NCBI GenBank assembly: GCA_964590105.1
Contig: CAZPYM010000001.1
Span: forward strand, 302,172-366,171
Length of the DNA: 64,000 bases
From: an uncultured Gammaproteobacteria bacterium
GTDB taxonomy: Bacteria > Patescibacteriota > Patescibacteriia > UBA11705 > JABHMO01
Reading direction: 5' to 3'
The notes below the pieces were generated by a model. That model was not told where the DNA came from, made no database searches, and was given only the letters and a program-made list of their open reading frames with translations. Below, piece after piece: positions 39,262 to 48,102 of this stretch (positions within the stretch are counted from its first letter, which is position 1; every line of letters begins with the position of its first letter). The position numbers were made by a program, and so were the translations under genes.

Positions 39262-39283
39262 GTGTATGTTGTCCTTCGATTCC

Positions 39284-40582
39284 CTATCCTTTCTGTAGCG
39301 CCAGCCCCACTGCCACTGCAAACCTGGGCATCCTACCATAAGGCATCTCAATTCCGGTAATCGTTCCGTCAGCGTTTCTCAGCTTGGCGAAACAATCTCC
39401 AGTCAAGAGCTTGGATTCTGGAAATCTTTCTTCCAATGCCGGCCTGATTCCAAGCATGTTTGATCCGCCACCAAACAAGTAGATTGAATCAATCTCTTCA
39501 CCGGCTGAAACAGCTTTGAAAAATTCAATTGATCGTTGGATTTCAGTGACCAGCATCTTGGCCGCGTTCATGGTCAACTCTTCCACCTTGCGCGCCGTAA
39601 TATTGGAATCAATACCTGTGGGATTACTCTGCAATTGCTCGGCTTCGCTATAACTGACAGCAAACTGACGCTGGATGTCTTCCGTAAGAAAACCGCTCCC
39701 CATCGAAATATCTCTGATGAAAACAAGCTTTCCCCGAGTCGCAATCGCAATATTGATCATGCAAGCGCCAATATCAACAACTGCAACAGTTTTGTCAGAG
39801 GGCAAACCATACAGGGAATCAACCATGTTCAGCACAGCGTAGGATTCCACATTGGCCAAACGTGGCCTGAGTCCGGCATCAACCAAACATTGAATATAGT
39901 CATTAACAAGGTCTTTTTTGGCCGCCGTGAGCAGCACGTCCATCTGGCCGCTTCCCGCGTTCGGATCAATAACCTCGGAGTCAATATATACTTCCCTGAT
40001 ATCAAAAGGGATATACTGCTCCGCTTCCCAAGAAATCGAGTCAGCGAGTTCCCCTGCGCTCATTTGCGGCAAGCTGATGATTTTTGAAATTACACTGTGA
40101 CCGGAAACGCCAAAGGCAACTTTTCTGCCTTTGATCCCAGACCGCTCGACCAAGCGAACCAAAGCTTCGCCCAAAGCATCCATATTCATAATTGCGCCAT
40201 CAACAATCACCTCCGGCGCGAGTTCTTCAAAATCAGTTTTTTTCAAAACCAATTTACCGGCAACTTCTGCCAGCTGAACAAGTTTGATGCCAGATGTGCC
40301 GAAATCGATTGCCACTAGCAGCTGCCGACTTTTGCCAAATAGCCCAAAAAGCCAGACCAGCGGCAGGAGCAAAAGCCACAATATTAGTTTGAATGGCTTG
40401 GACAAATCCCGCGTTTGAATAATAATTGACGGCCGCCATCGGCCGATCACAAGTCCGATTTCAAATCCCCGGCAATGGTCACTACGGCTGTAATTTTGTT
40501 TTTTTCTTTTTTTTGTCTGCGTTTCCCGCAGAAGATTGCATCCCAACATGTGCCACCTCCATATGGCTTTGTGAACGAACAC
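39284..40582 (-). CDS. ftsA: actin-like ATPase of the FtsA/PilM family (placed after ftsQ, but with a PilM-like C-terminus and an N-terminal hydrophobic segment)
   Basis: LLVAIDFGTSGIKLVQLA phosphate-1 motif. The C-terminus FAVAVGLALQKG resembles PilM. The N-terminal ~90 aa include a hydrophobic stretch PFKLILWLLLLPLVWLFGLFG, and the start codon is uncertain. Confidence 0.6.
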   Translation of the reverse strand: MFVHKAIWRWHMLGCNLLRETQTKKRKKQNYSRSDHCRGFEIGLVIGRWRPSIIIQTRDLSKPFKLILWLLLLPLVWLFGLFGKSRQLLVAIDFGTSGIKLVQLAEVAGKLVLKKTDFEELAPEVIVDGAIMNMDALGEALVRLVERSGIKGRKVAFGVSGHSVISKIISLPQMSAGELADSISWEAEQYIPFDIREVYIDSEVIDPNAGSGQMDVLLTAAKKDLVNDYIQCLVDAGLRPRLANVESYAVLNMVDSLYGLPSDKTVAVVDIGACMINIAIATRGKLVFIRDISMGSGFLTEDIQRQFAVSYSEAEQLQSNPTGIDSNITARKVEELTMNAAKMLVTEIQRSIEFFKAVSAGEEIDSIYLFGGGSNMLGIRPALEERFPESKLLTGDCFAKLRNADGTITGIEMPYGRMPRFAVAVGLALQKG

Positions 40583-40675
40583 TCGATATTAGATATTATA
40601 TGTTTTTATTAAAAATGTCAACAATGCTTAATCTATTAATAAAAACAGCTGCGCGTGTCACAGCTGTCTTATTAT

Positions 40676-41050
40676 TTATGCTTTTACCGATTGATCAACG
40701 ACTGGTGATTGCTTTGCCTTATCCCAGCGAATTTTCAATGTGGTTGCGACAAAACTTCGCATTTCTTCAACCACTAGCTCTTCACAAGCCAATATTTCCG
40801 CAAACACGAAAACTTCGCTCAACGTCATTCCCAATAAATCCGCCAATTGAGTACAGAATCGAATACTTGACTGGCTCTTGCCTTTTTCCAGCTTGCATAA
40901 AAAGCTAGCGCCATAACTCTCCGATCCCTGCAACGACAAAGCAAGGGCCAATTCTGTCTGAGTTAGGTCAAGGGAATCTCTCAATAGACGTATAAACCGT
41001 CCCAATCCCAGAGGGAATCGCCTGTTAACTTCTGGTGCCACAATAATCAT
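40676..41050 (-). CDS. XRE-family helix-turn-helix transcriptional regulator
   Basis: LTQTELALALSLQ...SFLCKLEKGKSQSSIRFCTQLADLLGMTLSEVF is a Cro/C1-type HTH; it lies between ftsQ and ftsA. Confidence 0.55.
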   Translation of the reverse strand: MIIVAPEVNRRFPLGLGRFIRLLRDSLDLTQTELALALSLQGSESYGASFLCKLEKGKSQSSIRFCTQLADLLGMTLSEVFVFAEILACEELVVEEMRSFVATTLKIRWDKAKQSPVVDQSVKA

Positions 41051-41214
41051 TTTGCCCTCCTAATTTTCGTCCTCCGCTCAGAAATTACTGTCAAATCACA
41101 AAAATCAAAATCAATGTCATCTTGAAATGTTATATGTTTTCATTGAAAATGTCAATGGAAGACGGAAAGGGGCTGAGTAGTGAGGAAAGGGTCTGTGTCC
41201 GCACATTGGCTCCC

Positions 41215-42060
41215 CTATTTATAATAAACCTTTTCCCCGAACCGCAGATCAATATATTTCATTTGCTCAAGATTGTTTTTTATTTCTTCCTGGTTCAAGA
41301 GCGTGTCCAGCCTGGCAACTTGCTCAGACACCGCCAGAGTGGAATTAAAACGCAGGAGTATCCCCTGTTTGGTGATGAGATCCAAAACATTTTCCGTTTT
41401 TTCAATTTGAATAAGATCCAATTTTCTCTCGGTTATTTTTTTTGTCTGCGAATATAAACCCACAATATATTGTAACTCCTTATTTTCAATAGCGCTCTCC
41501 CCTATTTTAATTTCTTGGTTTTGCAAATCATTGATCGTTAAATATCCGTTATTCTCTTCGCAGTATTCAATCGCAAGGCCGGTCAAGTCCAAATGATAAC
41601 AAAGATTATTCGCCAGCCAATTGATGGCGGATTCTTTTTCTTTAAGCGTGATTAAAATTATATTCGGCAATTTTTTCTTAATTGTAAATTCTTCAAAATA
41701 ATAGTGTTCGAAAATTATTGTTTTCAGTTTATTCTTATTAAACAACCAAAAATTATTACGATTAAAAACATAATAATCGCGGCCAAATCGGTAGTCGTCA
41801 ATAAAACGATTAATATTTTCTGATTTTACTTTTTCCAATCCCGACACTTCAACACGCTCAATCCAAAACAATGGCGAATAGAGGAAAAAATATATAAGGC
41901 CACCGACAACAATTAAAATAATTGCAATCAAGAAATTTTTTATTCTTTTTTTGCGATTTTCTTTGTCGCGAATCAAACGCGGATTTTGGTAATCCATGTT
42001 TTTGTAATCGCGCTGATATTTGGGGCTAATTTTTGGCATAAGAGAAGAAGCATGAATCAT
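41215..42060 (-). CDS. ftsQ: cell division protein FtsQ/DivIB (POTRA domain)
   Basis: Cytoplasmic basic tail, one TM helix (FLIAIILIVVGGLIYFFLY), a POTRA-like region (IERVEVSGLEKV) and a C-terminus (YIDLRFGEKVYYK) typical of FtsQ. Confidence 0.65.
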   Translation of the reverse strand: MIHASSLMPKISPKYQRDYKNMDYQNPRLIRDKENRKKRIKNFLIAIILIVVGGLIYFFLYSPLFWIERVEVSGLEKVKSENINRFIDDYRFGRDYYVFNRNNFWLFNKNKLKTIIFEHYYFEEFTIKKKLPNIILITLKEKESAINWLANNLCYHLDLTGLAIEYCEENNGYLTINDLQNQEIKIGESAIENKELQYIVGLYSQTKKITERKLDLIQIEKTENVLDLITKQGILLRFNSTLAVSEQVARLDTLLNQEEIKNNLEQMKYIDLRFGEKVYYK

Positions 42061-42064
42061 TAAA

Positions 42065-43210
42065 CTATAACGATTTCACAATGCGTTTGAGAAGCGGGTT
42101 TATTCTCGTTACTATTTCATAGTTAATCGTCCCAATCTTTCTGGCGATTTCTTCAGCAGTAATTTGTTCTTGCCCTTGTTTGCCAATTAGTACAACCTCG
42201 TCTTCCAGTTTAATTTCCAAAATATGATTAATTTCAACGATAATCATATTCATACACACGCGACCGAGTACGCGGCAACGCTCGCCGGCGATTAAAACAT
42301 TTCCAACGCAGGACAATCCCCTATCAAGACCGTCCCAGTAGCCGACTGGCAAAATGGCGACTTTTGTTTGTAAATTTACTTTTTCCGTACAGCCATAACT
42401 GATCGGAGTTCCCGCCGGCAAAGTTTTCAAATGCGCCACTCTGGTTTTCCAGGTCAAAGCCGGCCGCAAATCCAGCTCAATCCCCTTTTGTTTGGAGCTG
42501 ATCAAGGTTTCGGGCGACGACCACAGTCCATACAAGCTGATGCCGATACGAACAAGATCAAAATATGTTTCCGGAAATAAAATTGCCGCCGCGCTGCAGG
42601 CTGTGTGTTTAATAAAATACTTAAATCCGTTTCGCTCAATAAATTCAACAGCCGCTTTGAAACTTTCCAACTGTTTTATTGCGTACGAATGATCAGTCGT
42701 GTCTTCAATATTAGCAAAATGAGTTGAAGCTCCAGCCAGCTTGAGCCAGGTATTTGCTTTGATGTAATCAAGATATTTCGGCAAATCGGCCGGCCAGATT
42801 CCCTGGCGCGATGTTCCGGTTTCTATTTTCAAATGAATAAATACCGGCGTTTGCTTTTGCTCGCAAATTGTTTTTAATTTTTCCAGGGTTTCAAAGTTTG
42901 CAATAACCTGATGGAATCCGTTTTCCACAACTTCCAAGAGCCTGTCAAACAATGTATAACCCAAAATCAAAATCAGTTTTCCCTCTGTCCCCAATATTTC
43001 CCTTGCCGACAATGCTTCATCAACCGAATCCACCGCCAGCCAATCAACATGGTCCTTGATCACGCCAACAACCTCCTTGAGTCCATGCCCATATGCGTTT
43101 GACTTTACCACCCCGCAAAGCGCTACGCGCTCCCCTATCCGCTGGCGAAACTGCGCAATATTGTATAATAAATTAGCTCTGGAAATTTCAACCCAAGTTC
43201 GATACTTCAT
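42065..43210 (-). CDS. alr: alanine racemase
   Basis: The PLP-binding motif VVKSNAYGHG near the N-terminus; 381 aa. Confidence 0.9.
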   Translation of the reverse strand: MKYRTWVEISRANLLYNIAQFRQRIGERVALCGVVKSNAYGHGLKEVVGVIKDHVDWLAVDSVDEALSAREILGTEGKLILILGYTLFDRLLEVVENGFHQVIANFETLEKLKTICEQKQTPVFIHLKIETGTSRQGIWPADLPKYLDYIKANTWLKLAGASTHFANIEDTTDHSYAIKQLESFKAAVEFIERNGFKYFIKHTACSAAAILFPETYFDLVRIGISLYGLWSSPETLISSKQKGIELDLRPALTWKTRVAHLKTLPAGTPISYGCTEKVNLQTKVAILPVGYWDGLDRGLSCVGNVLIAGERCRVLGRVCMNMIIVEINHILEIKLEDEVVLIGKQGQEQITAEEIARKIGTINYEIVTRINPLLKRIVKSL

Positions 43211-43278
43211 ATAAACACATTTTACTATAAAACAGGCTAAATATCAAAAAGCGCTGAACAATGTCAGCGCCATATAAT

Positions 43279-43500
43279 TCAATGTTCGTCCGTAACAACC
43301 TCAAACCACTTTCTAAATAACAACCATCGCCGAAGATGAAACCTTTTCCCGCATTTCTTGCACACAGGGTCTGTCCACATCGGCATGCATCCGCCGTAGC
43401 ATCTTCTCACAACTTCGCCACCACAAAAGGGACAGTTACGAAGATTTCCATCCTTCCCAACCAGCCTTTTGAACGAAACCCATACTTGTCCTTTCGACAT
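43279..43500 (-). CDS. small zinc-ribbon protein
   Basis: CPFCGG...CYGGC...CKKCGK gives two CxxC pairs in 73 aa. Confidence 0.4.
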   Translation of the reverse strand: MSKGQVWVSFKRLVGKDGNLRNCPFCGGEVVRRCYGGCMPMWTDPVCKKCGKRFHLRRWLLFRKWFEVVTDEH

Positions 43501-43662
43501 TCAGCACCTCCTATGTGACAATGAACTATCATAATTTTTTATCATAAATATTCACATCTGTCAAGTACGACTAAATTCAAATAACAAAACAGGAATTCAA
43601 ATACTGAATCCCTGTTTAATCGCTTAGTTTTAATTTTTCTACTTTACCGCAGATTCACTTTT

Positions 43663-44946
43663 TCACGCCTCTTCACGCTTTTGCTCAATAACCTGCTGAT
43701 TGTCCATATACGGCTGAAGTATTTCCGGAATCTTGATTGAGCCATCCGCCTGCTGATTTATTTCCAACAATGGAATCAAAATTCTTGGCGTGGCCACCAC
43801 AGTATTATTCAAGGTATGGCAAAATTGAATCTTTCCGTCGTGGTCTTTGTAACGAAGATTTAACCGGCGCGCCTGAAAATCAAGCAAAGCTGAAGCGCTG
43901 TGAGTCTCGCCGTAGTTTTCACGACTAGGCATCCAGGTTTCAAGATCATTCATATAATATTTTCCCTGCCCCATATCGCCGGTGCAGATATTTAAAACTC
44001 GGAAAGGAAGTTGTAGACTGCGCAAAAATTCTTTTGAATTGCCAAGCAGTTCCTCGTGCATATTCATACTTTCTTCAATGCTATTTTTGCAAATTATAAA
44101 TTGTTCAATCTTTAAAAACTGATGGACGCGATACAGGCCGCGCGTGTCTTTGCCATAAGCGCCGGCTTCGCGGCGAAAGCAGACAGAAAACCCGGCCATG
44201 CGAATCGGCAAATCTTTTTCATCCAGAATTTCATCGGCATGATACGCGCCGAGCGCTACTTCAGAAGTACCAACCAGATATTTATTATCTTTTTCCAAAT
44301 GATACGTTTCTTCTTCCGCGCCAGGGAAAAATCCTGTGCCAAATAGCGCGAACTCATTGACAATTACAGGGACACTCATTAGCGTATATCCTTTGCGACA
44401 AATGAAATCTTCAGCGTATTTAATAACTGCCGCTTCCAGTCTGGCGCCATCGCCTTTTAAAAGATATGACCTGGTGCCGCCAATCTTGGCCGCTCGCTCC
44501 AAATCAATAATATCGAGCTCATTGCCAAGCTGAATATGATCTTTCGGCGGGAACTTGAATCTTGGCGGCTCGCCCACTCGCTCAATTTCAAGATTACCGC
44601 TCTCATCCGCGCCGACAGGCGTGCTTTCATGCACGTACATTGGCACTTTTAACATTAGGGTTTGCAATTCTTCCATCAAAGGTTTTAACTTTTCTTCCAG
44701 TTCATTTTGCAGACCGTCAACTTCTTTCATTTCCCGTAGCGCCGCAGATTTTTCAGACTCCATCATTTCCGGAATCTGTTTGCTGACCTGATTTTTTTTG
44801 CCGCGAAGGTCTTCTACCTTTTGATTTAACTTCCGGCGATCATCATCAAGTTTTATCAATTTACTAATATCAACATCAAGGTTTTTGTGCCGCGCCACCG
44901 TTTTGAGCGTTTCCGCATTTTCACGGATAAATTTTATATCAAGCAT
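43663..44946 (-). CDS. serS: seryl-tRNA synthetase
   Basis: MLDIKFIRENAETLK and an N-terminal coiled-coil, followed by a class II core (FRREAGAYGKDTRGLYRVHQF). Confidence 0.95.
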   Translation of the reverse strand: MLDIKFIRENAETLKTVARHKNLDVDISKLIKLDDDRRKLNQKVEDLRGKKNQVSKQIPEMMESEKSAALREMKEVDGLQNELEEKLKPLMEELQTLMLKVPMYVHESTPVGADESGNLEIERVGEPPRFKFPPKDHIQLGNELDIIDLERAAKIGGTRSYLLKGDGARLEAAVIKYAEDFICRKGYTLMSVPVIVNEFALFGTGFFPGAEEETYHLEKDNKYLVGTSEVALGAYHADEILDEKDLPIRMAGFSVCFRREAGAYGKDTRGLYRVHQFLKIEQFIICKNSIEESMNMHEELLGNSKEFLRSLQLPFRVLNICTGDMGQGKYYMNDLETWMPSRENYGETHSASALLDFQARRLNLRYKDHDGKIQFCHTLNNTVVATPRILIPLLEINQQADGSIKIPEILQPYMDNQQVIEQKREEA

Positions 44947-45086
44947 ATTGTTGTAGGTTGAAAGATAAAAAGTTTATAAAGTTATAAAACGAAAAAAATT
45001 ATTCAAACAAAAAGTAATCCCCGAGGGGAAATATTCCAATTTGTTTTTCTCAGTTCTTTTTTCATAACTTTATTTTAACATCTCGA

Positions 45087-46559
45087 TTACTTTTGCTGAG
45101 ATTTCATCAGCGGAAAAAATACTACGTCCCGTAAGTTTTCCTGCTCAGTCAAAATCGTCAGGATCCGGTCAATACCCATGCCCCAACCGGAAATCGGCGG
45201 CATGCCGTATTTCATAGATTCGACAAACTCCGGATCACCTTCCATTGCCTCCTCATCGCCGGCCTTTTTCAACTTAGCCTGCTGTGAAAATCTTTTTTCC
45301 TGGTCAAGCGGGTCAACCAGCTCTGAATAAGCTTTGACAATTTCCCAGCCATTGACAACCAGCTGAAACTGATCAACAATTTCCGGATCCTTGTTGTTAC
45401 GACGCGCCAGCGGCTGAAGGTCGATCGGATAATGATACAAAAACACAGGATCAATAATTTTTGGGCGCGAGACTTTTTTATATAAATTATCAATCAGAGT
45501 CGCAAGTCCCATATTCTCCATGTCTTCAATTTGAATTTTTTTCTTTTTTAAATCTTTAACCAAGTCCTTTGGGTTGTTGTATTTTGAAACATCAAGTCCG
45601 CAATCTTTTTCAAGAAGCTGAATGTAGTCAATCCTTTTCCATGGTGTTTTGAAATTTACTTCACGAACTTTTCCGTCTTTACCGGTAACTTTTAATTCTT
45701 TGGGGATATTTAACTTATCAAAAACAAAATCAAACATTTTTTCTGTGAAAGCGATATTGTCTTCAAAATTCCAATACGCGCAGTAATGTTCCAAATGCGT
45801 ATGCTCCGGTAAATGAGACGGATCAATGCCTTCGTTACGAAAAGCTTTACCAATTTCAAAAATCTTATCAAAACCGCCGATGATTAATTGTTTCAAAGGA
45901 AGCTCATGCGAAATCCGCAGATAAACATCAATATCAAGTCCATTATTGTGCGTAATATACGGCTTGGCATGGGCGCCAGTGGCGCTGTGCAACAATGTCG
46001 GAGTTTCCACCTCAATAAATTCTTCTTGCCAATAAAATTCCCGCAAGGCTTTTATAAATTCACTGCGCAATTTAAAACGCTCCATTGTTTCAGGATTGGA
46101 AATTAAATCCAGATAGCGCTGACGATATTTTGCTTCCGTGTCTTTTAGCCCATGCCATTTTTCCGGCAGAGGTTTCAAAGCTTTGCCAAGAAAAGTCCAT
46201 TTGTTAACTAAGATTGTAATTTCGCCTTTGTGGGTCTGAAAAATTTCTCCCTCTACTCCCAAAAAATCACCAAGATCAATGATTTTTTGTAGCTGCTGAT
46301 AATTTTCTTTGCCCAGATCATCTTGCTTGAAAGCGATCTGCATCCGGCCGGAAAAATCCTGCAAGTGCGCAAAGGTCAGTTTGCCCATATCGCGGAACAT
46401 AACTAAACGGCCGGCGGTTTTTACTTTTTTGCCGACTTTTGAATTAAAACATTCGGTCAATGTTTGTTTCTTATCAAACTTTTCCGGATATGGCTCAAGT
46501 CCCATTGAGCTTATTTTTTCTAATTTTTGAAGTCGCACTTGTTCTTCGTTTTGTTCCAT
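45087..46559 (-). CDS. lysS: lysyl-tRNA synthetase, class II
   Basis: OB-fold anticodon-binding N-domain (GRLVMFRDMGKLTFAHLQD) and class II motifs (FRNEGID, GWGMGIDRL). Confidence 0.95.
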   Translation of the reverse strand: MEQNEEQVRLQKLEKISSMGLEPYPEKFDKKQTLTECFNSKVGKKVKTAGRLVMFRDMGKLTFAHLQDFSGRMQIAFKQDDLGKENYQQLQKIIDLGDFLGVEGEIFQTHKGEITILVNKWTFLGKALKPLPEKWHGLKDTEAKYRQRYLDLISNPETMERFKLRSEFIKALREFYWQEEFIEVETPTLLHSATGAHAKPYITHNNGLDIDVYLRISHELPLKQLIIGGFDKIFEIGKAFRNEGIDPSHLPEHTHLEHYCAYWNFEDNIAFTEKMFDFVFDKLNIPKELKVTGKDGKVREVNFKTPWKRIDYIQLLEKDCGLDVSKYNNPKDLVKDLKKKKIQIEDMENMGLATLIDNLYKKVSRPKIIDPVFLYHYPIDLQPLARRNNKDPEIVDQFQLVVNGWEIVKAYSELVDPLDQEKRFSQQAKLKKAGDEEAMEGDPEFVESMKYGMPPISGWGMGIDRILTILTEQENLRDVVFFPLMKSQQK

Positions 46560-46639
46560 ATGAATATTTTCTACTCCGCTTCCAGTGGGCTCACCTTCCT
46601 ATACGGTTGAGCTGACTTGAAGTCAGGCGGAAATTTTAT

Positions 46640-47218
46640 TTATAAACCAATTTCTTCTGAAATCTCTTTCATCGCATTCAGTGATGTTTCTATAAATTCA
46701 TCTAAACTTAATCCCAGCTTTTCACATTCCATTATAACATCCCGATTAACTTTCGCCGCAAATGACTTATCTTTCATTTTCTTTTTTATTGAACTAACCT
46801 TGACTTCTGTAAGTTTCTTGTCCGGACGAACCAAGGCGCTGGCATAGATTAAACCAGTAATAGTTTCCGCTGAAGCAAGCGCATGCTCAAATCTAGTAGC
46901 TCGTTTATTTTCCGGTAAATGTCTGGTAAAACCGCCAACATGAGAGACAATAACTCTGATTAATTCGTCAGAAACCCCTTCATTCTTCAAAACTTCCTGC
47001 ATTTTTATTCCATGCTGTTCAACATCATCAAGCACTAATTCCCAGTCAATATCATGAAGCAAGCCGGCAATCGCCCAGAGTTCTTCGTTTTCACCCAAAT
47101 GCCTGGCCAAAGCTCGCATGATAACCTCAGATTCCCGGCAATGATTTACATTAGCAGGGTCTTTGATATATTTGTGAAGAATTTCACGAGCTTGGTCAAT
47201 TGTTATATCTGCGTTCAT
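46640..47218 (-). CDS. HD-domain phosphohydrolase
   Basis: ALARHLGENEELWAIAGLLHDIDW (HD motif). I chose the start at the ATG at 47218 (MNADITIDQ...). Confidence 0.6.
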   Translation of the reverse strand: MNADITIDQAREILHKYIKDPANVNHCRESEVIMRALARHLGENEELWAIAGLLHDIDWELVLDDVEQHGIKMQEVLKNEGVSDELIRVIVSHVGGFTRHLPENKRATRFEHALASAETITGLIYASALVRPDKKLTEVKVSSIKKKMKDKSFAAKVNRDVIMECEKLGLSLDEFIETSLNAMKEISEEIGL

Positions 47219-47437
47219 ATAGGGGAAGTATATCTTAAATAACAAAATTTTGCAAAAATTAAAAAATTGCATTTCTAAATCGGAGATAGCTTCATCCCAC
47301 AAATCAAAAGCCGGCGACCTGTAGCTCAAATAAAAAATTCCCACTATCGTGACGGATGGCATGTAGTGTTTATTTATGAATAATTTTCTTTCGCAACAAA
47401 AAAATGATCCGGCAGACCATCTCTTTGTAAAACTTAA

Positions 47438-47901
47438 TTATTTGATTTCCAAAACCTTAAAAACAATAGTGCCACGCGGAGCTTCGACCGCTACTGTGTC
47501 GCCTTTTCTTTTGCCGAGAAAAGCTTGCCCCATCGGCGACTCATTTGAGATCTTACCGGCCAAAGGATCTGCTTCATTAAAACCGACCAGCTCTAATTCT
47601 TTTTTTTCATTGGCCTGATTTTCCACAGTGAATTTAGCGCCGATTGAAATTGACTCATTTGATCCCGCTCCACAGCTGATAACCGCCTTTTTTAAAACTT
47701 CCTCAATCTCATTTACCCGAGCTTCCATTAGTCCTTGCTGATCCTTGGCGTCATGATATTCAGCATTTTCCGACAAATCCCCCATTTCCTTGGCTTGTTC
47801 GATTTTTGAAATAATATCAGGACGACGCACTTCTTTTAATTCTTTCAGCTCTGCTTCCAGTTTTCTTTTTCCTTCTTCGGTGAGAATAATTTGATTAGAC
47901 A
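47438..47901 (-). CDS. greA: transcription elongation factor GreA
   Basis: MSNQIILTEEGKRKLEAELKELK...DLSENAEYHDAKDQQ. I chose the start at the ATG at 47901. The leader is a ACTCACT repeat with no SD sequence. Confidence 0.9.
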
Positions 47902-48102
47902 TAAAGATTAGTAAGTAGTGAGTAGTGAGTAGTGAGTAATAACCGCGCACCCACTCTTTCTAAATAAATACAGGTCATTTGGACCTGATAAAAATTTGCA
48001 GTTAATTATATTAAAGTTATAATACTTTTTTATTAGAATGTCAACTTATCCACAAGCCGCTGTGCGGAAAAACAAGGATCAAAAATAAAACAACAGCCCC
48101 TC

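Noticed and set aside
40426-40908. 160-aa plus-strand ORF overlapping the ftsA start and the XRE gene
   Set aside because: It is antisense to two better-supported minus-strand genes and has no conserved motifs.
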